Part shown: positions 30,065 to 38,013 of the stretch, in pieces | Position numbering within the stretch: position 1 is the first letter of the stretch | Layout of the letters: each line of letters opens with the position of its first letter | The notes under the pieces: generated by a model | Told to the model about the DNA's origin: nothing | Database searches by the model: none | What the model saw: only the letters and a program-made list of their open reading frames with translations | Position numbers and translations under genes: made by a program | NCBI RefSeq assembly: GCF_012927445.1 | Contig: NZ_JABBPD010000004.1 | Span: 529,039 to 593,038, forward strand | Source of the DNA: Rhodoferax sp. | GTDB lineage: Bacteria > Pseudomonadota > Gammaproteobacteria > Burkholderiales > Burkholderiaceae_C | Direction: 5' to 3' | Length of the DNA stretch: 64,000 bases

Positions 30065-30195
30065 GGTCAACTTATGCTTTATTTTTCACCGTTAGGCCAA
30101 CTTATGCTTTAACGGTCACGCCGTGATGACCGTTTTGAACAGGGAAACGGTCATCAATTGCTTTATTCTGCGGTCATTTTTCACTTAACGGCACA
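30065..30195. repeat. Distal transposon end with four 17-bp TnsB-like sites ending in ACA
   Basis: GGTCAACTTATGCTTTA (30065), GGCCAACTTATGCTTTA (30095), GGTCATCAATTGCTTTA (30149) and GGTCATTTTTCACTTAA (30172), then CGGCACA. Confidence 0.85.
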
Positions 30196-30469
30196 CGGTC
30201 CTTCAGCACATCTGCCCACGGTTGCCCGTCCTGCGGTAACACTCAAGTGGGACCGTCTTGCCTTCAGGCAGCGGCAGACCAATGCATGTCCCCGTCCAAA
30301 AATCCACTTCTGATAACGCAATGGCCTGTTCATTCCATAGCAGTTCTTTCTAGATATTTTGAGAAAAATCAAGCGTTGACAAGCAGGTCAGCCCAGACTA
30401 CGCCCTAAGCCCAACCCGACGGGATTGGAAGGAAGTCACTGCTTCTTATGAAACAAATGTGGAGGTTTC

Positions 30470-30712
30470 ATGGTCAAGGAAGTCTCTCGGAAATCGCCCG
30501 CGGAACCTAGAGCTTCAGGCATTCATCTCTACTCGGTGCACGATCCGATACCGGTCCCTGAGGTCACCGAGTCTGATAGCGAAGCGGCATGGGCGTTGTG
30601 GGAAGACTCCTTATCGACACCAAGCAGTGGGCCGGCGGCTGACTTCAAAAGTACCGTGCCGGCTGAACTTCCACCTTTTCATTTTTTTGATTCACTCAAA
30701 CGCAACCGCTAA
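30470..30712 (+). CDS. Small hypothetical protein
   Basis: 80-aa ORF with GGAGG RBS; acidic PIPVPEVTESDSEAAWALWEDS segment. Confidence 0.55.
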   Translation: MVKEVSRKSPAEPRASGIHLYSVHDPIPVPEVTESDSEAAWALWEDSLSTPSSGPAADFKSTVPAELPPFHFFDSLKRNR

Positions 30713-31389
30713 CCCCAGAGGTCCAGTGGTGGCTCGGTCACGACCGCGCGCAGGATGTCGGACCGCGACACAAAACCGGTAAGAAGACCCTCCTCATCCA
30801 CCACCGGCAGCCCCGGCAAACCGGTGTCCAGCAGAACGCGTGCCACGTGCCGGATATCGGTCTCTGGCGCCACACTCGGCACCGGCGTCGCCATGATGTC
30901 CGAGACGCTTTGCGCCAGCAAGGCCCGCCACACCAGCGCATTGCTGTCCGGCCCTGGCAGGAGATCGGGGCGCAGCAAATCGGCACGGGACAACAAACCC
31001 ACCAGTGTTGCCGCGTCATTCACGACCGGCGCCTGACCCACACCCTGACTGGCGAGGATTTGCCACGCCTGCAGCACCGTCGCCGTGTGCGGAATGGCGA
31101 TCACGGTGCGGCTCATCAAGGCCGCCACCTGCGTCAGGGGTTGGCGCTCCAGCACCACCTTCTGGGTCTGGGCGTAAGCCGCCAGCGCCGTGCGATGCGC
31201 CTCGTCGCTAGGGGCGGGCTGCGCAGGCCCGGCAAAGGCGCCAGGAAAAGCGGATTGGGCATCGCGCCCATCACGCCCGACGGCCTGAATCGCGTGGTTG
31301 CGGGCAACCGCACTGACACCGCCAACTTGACGCAACTGCTCCAGCGAGCCACGAAACAACTTACCCGCCAAGCTATATACCGAGAACAT
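30709..31389 (-). CDS. CBS-domain protein
   Basis: Two CBS repeats (LMSRTV...APVV...GLLSRADL; IMATPV...LPVV...GFVSRSDIL). Confidence 0.88.
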   Translation of the reverse strand: MFSVYSLAGKLFRGSLEQLRQVGGVSAVARNHAIQAVGRDGRDAQSAFPGAFAGPAQPAPSDEAHRTALAAYAQTQKVVLERQPLTQVAALMSRTVIAIPHTATVLQAWQILASQGVGQAPVVNDAATLVGLLSRADLLRPDLLPGPDSNALVWRALLAQSVSDIMATPVPSVAPETDIRHVARVLLDTGLPGLPVVDEEGLLTGFVSRSDILRAVVTEPPLDLWG

Positions 31390-31451
31390 CGTCCAGCCCT
31401 TCCCTTGTTCGGACAGACTATAGCGCGGCCGCGCCACAGCGTCGGAGAAAC

Positions 31452-32690
31452 TCAGGCGTGCGGTGGCAGGAACAAGGACTGCAAGTCGTTCAGAAAGTCA
31501 AAACCCCGCACGCTCGGTTTGATGCGGGCAAAGTCACGCTCAATCAAGCCTTTGCGCTCCGCTTCCTCCAGCCCTTTTTGAATGGCGGTAATGGCCAAAC
31601 CGGTGCGTTCCGAGAACTGCTGCAAACTAAAACCGTCTTTCAAACGCAAGGCATTCAGCATGAACTCAAACGGCAAGTCCGCCCGGCTGACCTCCTCCTC
31701 TTGCGCCAGACAGTGGCCGGCCAGGGCTTTTTCCATGTAGAGCCGGGGCTCGCGAAAGCGCACTTGCCGCACCACCCGGTGGGCAAAACTGAGCTTGCTG
31801 TGCGCCCCGGCGCCCAAGCCCAGGTAGTCGCCAAACTGCCAGTAATTGAGGTTGTGATGGCAGCGGTGCCCGTCGCGGGCGTAGGCCGACACTTCGTAGC
31901 GGTACAGGCCGGCCTCGCCTGTCATGTCGGTGATGAGATCCAGCATGTCGTAGGCCGTATCTTCCTCGGGGATCACGGGCGGAAACTTGGCGAAATAGGT
32001 GTTGGGCTCGATCGTGAGGTGGTAAATCGAGATGTGCGAGGGTGCCAGCGCCAGTGCCGTGGCCATGTCCTGCTTCAAGTCGGCCAGCGTCTGGCCCGGC
32101 AGGGCGTACATGATGTCCAGATTGAAAGTATCAAAAGCCTGCGCTGCTTCCTCTACCGCCGCCAGCGCTTGCGCGCGGTCATGCACCCGGCCCAGCTTCT
32201 GTAAAAAGTCATCGTTAAAGCTCTGCACCCCCACCGACAGGCGGGTGACGCCGGCGGACCGGAAGGCCCTGAAACGGTCTTTCTCGAACGTGCCGGGATT
32301 GGCTTCCAGCGTGATCTCGCAATCAGGCTCCAGCCGGAGGCGGGCCCGAATGCCGCTCAGCAGGCGATCAATGGCGTCGGGTGAAAATAGGCTGGGCGTG
32401 CCGCCACCGATAAAAATAGTGTGCACCGTGCGGCCCCAGATGAGCGGCAGGGCCGCTTCCAGATCGGCCATCAAGGCATCCAGATAGCGCTGCTCGGGCA
32501 GCTCGGCTGCGCGCATTTCGTGCGAGTTGAAGTCGCAATAAGGGCACTTCTTGAGGCACCAGGGTAGGTGGATGTAGAGCGACAGCGGCGGCAAGGCCGC
32601 AAACTGCAGCGTGCCCGGCCGCATGTAGTGTTGCAGGTCGTGGGGCGCCGGGGCCTCGGCTGCGCTGGCGCTTGAAATAATAGGAATCAT
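31452..32690 (-). CDS. hemW: Radical SAM haem chaperone HemW
   Basis: YIHLPWCLKKCPYCDFNS, GGGTPS, EANPG, HNLNYWQFGDYLGLGAGAH. Confidence 0.93.
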   Translation of the reverse strand: MIPIISSASAAEAPAPHDLQHYMRPGTLQFAALPPLSLYIHLPWCLKKCPYCDFNSHEMRAAELPEQRYLDALMADLEAALPLIWGRTVHTIFIGGGTPSLFSPDAIDRLLSGIRARLRLEPDCEITLEANPGTFEKDRFRAFRSAGVTRLSVGVQSFNDDFLQKLGRVHDRAQALAAVEEAAQAFDTFNLDIMYALPGQTLADLKQDMATALALAPSHISIYHLTIEPNTYFAKFPPVIPEEDTAYDMLDLITDMTGEAGLYRYEVSAYARDGHRCHHNLNYWQFGDYLGLGAGAHSKLSFAHRVVRQVRFREPRLYMEKALAGHCLAQEEEVSRADLPFEFMLNALRLKDGFSLQQFSERTGLAITAIQKGLEEAERKGLIERDFARIKPSVRGFDFLNDLQSLFLPPHA

Positions 32691-32707
32691 GGTCCGTACC
32701 GCCCGTT

Positions 32708-33307
32708 TTACAGCCAACGCTCACGCATCAGTTCCACCATGGCCCGCGCCGCTTGCCCGCGGTGGCTGTTGGCATTTTTGACCGCGGTCGGCAATTGGGC
32801 AAAGGTCTGACCAAACTTAGGGATGTACATCACCGGGTCAAAGCCGAAACCATTACCGCCGACCGGGACCCGCGCAATCTCACCGACGACGCGACCGACC
32901 GCAATCAGCGGCTCGGGGTCTTGCGCTGAGCGCACCGCCACCAAGGTGCTGACCAGCGCGGCGCGCCGATTGTCCACGCCGCGCATTTGCTCCAGCAGGG
33001 CACGCACGTTGTTGTCATCGCCTTTTTCATAGCCAAACTGGGTGGCGTAATAGGCGGTATCGACCCCCGGCAAGCCGCCAAAGGCATCGACGCACAAGCC
33101 GGCATCGTCCGCCACGGCGGGCAAGCCGCTGAGCTGCGCGGCGTGCCGGGCCTTGGCCAGCGCATTCTCGACAAAAGTGTGAAACGGCTCAGCGGCCTCG
33201 GGAATGCCCAAGTCGCCTTGCGCCACCAGCTCAAACCCCAGCGGTGTAAATAGGGCGCGCAGTTCGACCAATTTGCCTTGGTTGTTGGACGCTAGAACAA
33301 TTTTCAT
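32708..33307 (-). CDS. rdgB: Non-canonical purine NTP pyrophosphatase RdgB
   Basis: ASNNQGK, ENALAKARH, ADDAGL, FGFDP, SHRG. Confidence 0.95.
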   Translation of the reverse strand: MKIVLASNNQGKLVELRALFTPLGFELVAQGDLGIPEAAEPFHTFVENALAKARHAAQLSGLPAVADDAGLCVDAFGGLPGVDTAYYATQFGYEKGDDNNVRALLEQMRGVDNRRAALVSTLVAVRSAQDPEPLIAVGRVVGEIARVPVGGNGFGFDPVMYIPKFGQTFAQLPTAVKNANSHRGQAARAMVELMRERWL

Positions 33308-33314
33308 GAAATAA

Positions 33315-33363
33315 GGCTGTAGCCCCCGTCTAATATGCGTAGATAGCTATTAATTTAATAGCG
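33315..33363 (-). repeat. Dispersed palindromic repeat, copy 4 (overlaps the rph stop codon)
   Basis: Minus strand GCTATTAAATTAATAGCTATCTACGCATATTAGACGGGGGCTACAGCC. Confidence 0.85.
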
Positions 33364-34078
33364 AATGTTTCTGCAGCGCGACCAGGTCGCTGATGCCTTT
33401 TTCGGCCAAAGCCAGCAAGGCATCCATTTCCAGGCGTGTAAATGCCGCGCCTTCGGCCGTGCCCTGCACTTCCACGAAATGACCGGCCCCGGTCATCACC
33501 ACATTCATGTCCGTGTCGCAGGCCGCGTCTTCGGTGTATTCCAGGTCCAGCAAAGGAGTGCCTTGCACGATGCCGACCGAGATGGCGGCCACGTGGTCGC
33601 GAATCGGCGATTCCAGCAATTTGCCCTGCGCCATCAGCAGGCTGACGGCATCCTGCGCGGCGACAAAAGCACCGGTGATGGCGGCGGTGCGGGTACCACC
33701 GTCCGCCTGCAGCACATCACAGTCCAGATGGATCGTGCGCTCGCCCAGCTTGCTGAGGTCAAACACGGCACGCATGGAGCGCCCGATCAGGCGCTGAATT
33801 TCCTGGGTGCGGCCGCTTTGCTTGCCACGGGCGGCCTCGCGGTCGTTGCGGCTGTGGGTGGCGCGCGGCAGCATGCCGTATTCGGCTGTCACCCATCCCT
33901 CGCCGCTGCCTTTTTTGTGCCCTGGCACTTTTTCTTCGACCGACGCCGTGCAAAGCACTTTGGTGGCGCCAAATTCGATCAAAACCGAACCTTCGGCATG
34001 GATGGTGTAGCTGCGCGTGATGCGCACCGGTCGCAGTTGGTCTGCGGCACGCGCGCCATCTCTTAAAAATTCACTCAT
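33350..34078 (-). CDS. rph: Ribonuclease PH
   Basis: [53 protein letters not shown]. Confidence 0.97.
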   Translation of the reverse strand: MSEFLRDGARAADQLRPVRITRSYTIHAEGSVLIEFGATKVLCTASVEEKVPGHKKGSGEGWVTAEYGMLPRATHSRNDREAARGKQSGRTQEIQRLIGRSMRAVFDLSKLGERTIHLDCDVLQADGGTRTAAITGAFVAAQDAVSLLMAQGKLLESPIRDHVAAISVGIVQGTPLLDLEYTEDAACDTDMNVVMTGAGHFVEVQGTAEGAAFTRLEMDALLALAEKGISDLVALQKHSLLN

Positions 34079-34117
34079 GGTTTCTCTCAATCAGTCAGGG
34101 ACAGCGCCCCAGTGGCA

Positions 34118-35032
34118 TCAGCTCTTTTTGGCAGCGGACCGGCGGATCGCCTCGTTGATTTCAGCGATGGAGCGCTCAATGGCGGCGTCGTCCATGTCCT
34201 CGATAGCGGAGTCAAGCCAGCCGGCCTGAACCGTCGAGGCAAAAACACCATCGCTGACGGTGTCGGTTGAAATGTGGTCCCGCGTTGACTCGAACCCGTC
34301 GGGGGTTTCCCACTCCATGGCGATGCAGGTCACGTTGTCACTGTTGTCACCCGCCTTGGCCAGCGCCTTTTCCACCAGATCGGGGACCGCTTCACTCACC
34401 GGTTTATGGCCGAGATGGTAAGTAATGTCCTCATCCGTCAGGCTGCTCCACAGGCCGTCCGAGCACAGCATCAACTTGTCGCCTTGTTGCAATGGAACCG
34501 GTCCGGTAATGTCAAACACCGGCTTGGTTGGTGAACCCAGGCACGTAAACAGAATATTGCGATTGATGTTCGCCGGCAATTTCAGCCCCGCGGCGGCCAC
34601 CTGGCGCTGCTCAAGAAAGGAATGATCCCGGGTGCGCGCCAGCAACTCAACCTGGCGCACCAGATAGAGCCGGGAATCACCACAGTGAATCCAGGTCACG
34701 GCCCCGCCTTGCACGACGGCCGCCACCAAGGTGGTTCGGGGCGTGTCCAGCATGCCCTTTTCCACCGAATAACGCAAGATTTGCCGATGCGCCGTCAACA
34801 ACGCAGACGCCAAAAATGCGGCCACATCCGGCAGCTCTGGCTTGGCCTCTTTTTGAAACAAGGCCGAGATGGTCTGCAAGGCCAACTGGGCGGCCACTTC
34901 ACCCAAAGGGTGCCCCCCCATGCCGTCCGCCAGCAAAAAAATACCCGAGCCACGGGTGTAGCAATACCCCATGCGATCTTCGTTTTTTTCCCGCCCACCT
35001 TTGCGACTGACCTGAAAAACAGAGAATTTCAT
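34118..35032 (-). CDS. PP2C-family Ser/Thr protein phosphatase
   Basis: NEDR, ADGMGGH, HCGDSR, CSDGLW, DNVT. Confidence 0.93.
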   Translation of the reverse strand: MKFSVFQVSRKGGREKNEDRMGYCYTRGSGIFLLADGMGGHPLGEVAAQLALQTISALFQKEAKPELPDVAAFLASALLTAHRQILRYSVEKGMLDTPRTTLVAAVVQGGAVTWIHCGDSRLYLVRQVELLARTRDHSFLEQRQVAAAGLKLPANINRNILFTCLGSPTKPVFDITGPVPLQQGDKLMLCSDGLWSSLTDEDITYHLGHKPVSEAVPDLVEKALAKAGDNSDNVTCIAMEWETPDGFESTRDHISTDTVSDGVFASTVQAGWLDSAIEDMDDAAIERSIAEINEAIRRSAAKKS

Positions 35033-36036
35033 TTTATTTTCCCGCCAACGCCGGTGGCTTTTTGGACGTTCTTTTTGGTGTCTGACACCATCGTGTCGAA
35101 CTGAAGTCGAACTTTTTCACTGACACTCAGTTTGGTGTAGCGCCGCTCACCCTCACGGCTCAACTCTTTTTGCAAGGCGAACACCGACTGCGGCCGAGAG
35201 AGCGGATCAAGCGACATGCACCACTCCACCACCTCAATCAGATTATCGGAATAAACGCCACGCAGACGCGCCAGGGCAATGGCAATACGGTCTTTTTCCA
35301 GCCGTTGCGGTGCCTCATTGGGCGGGTAACCCTGCATGCAGGCATAGATACAGGCGCCGATCGCGTAAATATCGGTCCATGGCCCCATGGAGGCATCGCG
35401 CCGGTACATTTCTGGCGCGGCAAAGCCGGGGGTGTACATCGGACGGATGAAGTTGCCCTCTTTGCTGAGGACTTCACGCGCAGCGCCGAAGTCAATCAGC
35501 ACCGATTTATTGTCATCCGTGATAAAAATATTGGCCGGCTTGATGTCCAAATGCAGCATCTTGTGCTGATGAACGATGCGCAAACCACGCAGGATTTCGT
35601 CGAACAGGGACCGGATCGTGGATTCCCGGAACACTTTGCGCTGCTTGAGATCCCGCGCCGTGATAATGAAATCTTGCAGGGACGCGCCCTCCAGATAATT
35701 CATCACCATGTAAACGGTTTCATTCTCCCGGAAGAAGTTCATCACACTCACCACCGATGGGTGTGAAATCTGGGCCAGGGAGCGGCCCTCTTCAAAAAAA
35801 CTCTTGAGGCCCAGCCGGTACAAGGACAGTTTTTCGGGTTGCACCTGGGGCAGTAGCTCGCCTGGGGCGCGCGTGGCCAGCGATGACGGCAAGTACTCCT
35901 TGATCGCCACCTGCTGCCCCTCGGCATCAACCGCCAGATACACCACGCCAAAGCCACCCGCCGCTACTTTGCGGACAAGGCGGTAACCACCTATCTTGGT
36001 GCCGGGGGGTAACGGTGCGGGTTTGACCTTGGACAT
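35029..36036 (-). CDS. Hanks-type Ser/Thr protein kinase
   Basis: AGGFGVVY, VAIKEY, HLDIKPANI, DFG, TPGFAAPE. Confidence 0.94.
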   Translation of the reverse strand: MSKVKPAPLPPGTKIGGYRLVRKVAAGGFGVVYLAVDAEGQQVAIKEYLPSSLATRAPGELLPQVQPEKLSLYRLGLKSFFEEGRSLAQISHPSVVSVMNFFRENETVYMVMNYLEGASLQDFIITARDLKQRKVFRESTIRSLFDEILRGLRIVHQHKMLHLDIKPANIFITDDNKSVLIDFGAAREVLSKEGNFIRPMYTPGFAAPEMYRRDASMGPWTDIYAIGACIYACMQGYPPNEAPQRLEKDRIAIALARLRGVYSDNLIEVVEWCMSLDPLSRPQSVFALQKELSREGERRYTKLSVSEKVRLQFDTMVSDTKKNVQKATGVGGKIK

Positions 36037-36113
36037 AATTTTCGAGTGAGCTCCCGTGCGGACTGCCAGAACCGGGTTATTCTCAGGCACATTCCATTGA
36101 TCAAAGAGTCGCA

Positions 36114-37031
36114 ATGCCAGTTTACAGCATGACTGGCTATGCCAGTGCCCAGCACAGCACAGCCAATACCAGTACCGAAACCGAGTCCAGAAACACCCCT
36201 CACAGTCAGCTTGGGCTGGAAATCCGGTCAGTCAACAGTCGCTTTCTGGACCTGTCGTTTCGCTTGCCCGAAGAGCTTCGCCAGTACGAGCCCGCGCTGC
36301 GGGAACTGGTTGTCGGCCGCATCAAACGTGGCAAGGTCGAAGTTCGCGTCGCCATTGAAACCGGCACCCAGAACAGCGTTGCGGATCCAACGCCCCGCCT
36401 GCTGCAACGACTCAACGCGGTGCAGGACAGCATCAAAGCCTGGCTGCCGGATGCCAGACCCTTGAGCGTGGCTGACGTCATTCGCCTGTCCGTTGGCGAA
36501 CAAACCTCCACCCGTGACTGGCGTGAAGATATTCTTCCCCTCGCCGAAAAAACCATCAAGGAACTACTGTCAGCACGCGAGCGCGAGGGCGCCCGCCTTG
36601 CCACCATGCTGCTGGAACGCATCGGCCAACTCCGGGCGCTGGCCGCACAAGCCGGGCCATTGGTGCCCCAACTGGTGACACAACAGCGACAACGCTTCCT
36701 GGAGCGCTGGAAAGAGGCCATGGCCTTGACCGATGGCGCTACGCTGCCCGAGGCGGCACAGGATCGGGCCTTGACCGAAGCCACGGCATTTGCCATTCGC
36801 ATTGACGTCGCAGAAGAAATCACCCGCATCCACTCTCATCTGGATGAGCTGGAACGGCTGATCAATAAAGGCGGCGAAATCGGGAAACGACTCGATTTTC
36901 TGATTCAGGAACTGCACCGCGAAGCCAATACCATGGGCTCAAAATCGGCCGCACTGGAACTGACCCATATTTCAGTGGACATGAAAGTGCTGATCGAACA
37001 AATGCGCGAGCAGGTGCAGAACATAGAATAG
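36114..37031 (+). CDS. yicC: YicC/YloC family endoribonuclease
   Basis: SMTGYA, EIRSVNSRFLD, GKRLDFLIQELHREANT, EQVQNIE. Confidence 0.95.
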   Translation: MPVYSMTGYASAQHSTANTSTETESRNTPHSQLGLEIRSVNSRFLDLSFRLPEELRQYEPALRELVVGRIKRGKVEVRVAIETGTQNSVADPTPRLLQRLNAVQDSIKAWLPDARPLSVADVIRLSVGEQTSTRDWREDILPLAEKTIKELLSAREREGARLATMLLERIGQLRALAAQAGPLVPQLVTQQRQRFLERWKEAMALTDGATLPEAAQDRALTEATAFAIRIDVAEEITRIHSHLDELERLINKGGEIGKRLDFLIQELHREANTMGSKSAALELTHISVDMKVLIEQMREQVQNIE

Positions 37032-37070
37032 GGCGACCCTGTCAATCGCTCTCAAAAAGCTGTCTCTTTT

Positions 37071-37691
37071 ATGGATTACCCCGGAAATTTGTTTGTCGTT
37101 GCCGCCCCCAGTGGCGCCGGCAAATCCAGCCTGGTCAAGGCCCTGCTTGAACTTGATTCGCATGTGCAACCGTCGGTTTCGCACACCACGCGTGCCCCCA
37201 GAGGGCAAGAAAAACATGGGCGCGAGTACTTTTTTGTCTCCGAACCCGAATTTGATGCCATGGTGCAAGCGGGTGCCTTTGTGGAATGGGCCAATGTGCA
37301 CAACCACCGGTACGGCACCTCCAGAAAAGCGATAGAAGAGCGCATGGCGCAGGGCGCAGATGTCATTCTTGAAATCGATTTTCAGGGCGCCATCCAGATC
37401 AAGAAGATTTTTGCCAATGCCATCAGCATTTTCATCTTGCCGCCCAGCTGGGAAGAGTTGCGTTCACGGCTGGAGCGCCGCGGTGAAGACTCACCCGAAG
37501 TCATCGAGTTGCGGATGAAAAATGCGGCCATTGAGGTCGCACAGGTCCAGCAATTCGACTTCGTTATAATTAATGAGTTGTTTGACCGGGCGCTTTTTGA
37601 CCTCAAGGCGATCGTTCACTCGCAACGACTCAAGTTCTCGGCGCAACGTCGCGCTAGAGCTGAAACATTTAAAGCACTGAACATCCCTTAG
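37071..37691 (+). CDS. gmk: Guanylate kinase
   Basis: [29 protein letters not shown]. Confidence 0.97.
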   Translation: MDYPGNLFVVAAPSGAGKSSLVKALLELDSHVQPSVSHTTRAPRGQEKHGREYFFVSEPEFDAMVQAGAFVEWANVHNHRYGTSRKAIEERMAQGADVILEIDFQGAIQIKKIFANAISIFILPPSWEELRSRLERRGEDSPEVIELRMKNAAIEVAQVQQFDFVIINELFDRALFDLKAIVHSQRLKFSAQRRARAETFKALNIP

Positions 37692-37720
37692 TGCTTTCCC
37701 CTGGTCTTTCGGAGAATTTC

Positions 37721-37924
37721 ATGGCCCGTATTACCGTCGAAGACTGCCTTGTGCAGATCCCCAACCGCTTCCAGTTGGTATTGGCCGCAACTTACCGTGC
37801 GCGCATGCTGAGCCAAGGCCACGCGCCCAAAGTTGAGTGCAAAAACAAACCTGCTGTCACGGCCTTGCGCGAGATTGCAGCCGGTAAAGTCGGTCTGGAA
37901 ATGTTGAAAAAAGTGCCGCTCTAA
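37721..37924 (+). CDS. rpoZ: RNA polymerase omega subunit
   Basis: MARITVEDC...NRFQLVLAA...ALREIAAG. Confidence 0.97.
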   Translation: MARITVEDCLVQIPNRFQLVLAATYRARMLSQGHAPKVECKNKPAVTALREIAAGKVGLEMLKKVPL

Positions 37925-37941
37925 CGGCTTTTCAAACTTGT

Positions 37942-37968
37942 AAAAAGCACCGTTCACGGTGCTTTTTT
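37942..37968. terminator. Bidirectional-type intrinsic terminator after rpoZ
   Basis: AAAAAGCACCG-TTCA-CGGTGCTTTTT. Confidence 0.85.
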
Positions 37969-38013
37969 ATTGCTGCCCCGCAAACTATCAGCTGCACGCT
38001 ATATATTTGGGGG

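Larger units (their letters stand above)
26329..30195. mobile_element. Non-autonomous Tn7-like (TnsB-type) mini-transposon, 3,867 bp, inserted downstream of tRNA-Ser
   Basis: TGT...ACA termini, 24-bp terminal IRs matching at 18/24, exact 5-bp TSD CGGTC (26324-26328 and 30196-30200), multiple 17-bp internal sites, AT-richer cargo, no transposase gene. Confidence 0.88.

Noticed and set aside
30065-30188. 17-bp repeats as a mini CRISPR array
   Set aside because: Repeats are too short, spacing is irregular (30, 54, 23 bp), orientation is mixed across the element, and no cas genes are present
26329-30195. Interpretation as a tyrosine-integrase island at tRNA-Ser
   Set aside because: No duplicated tRNA 3' end (attR) at the far side, the tRNA and its hairpin are intact, and TGT/ACA ends with a 5-bp TSD fit DDE (TnsB-type) transposition
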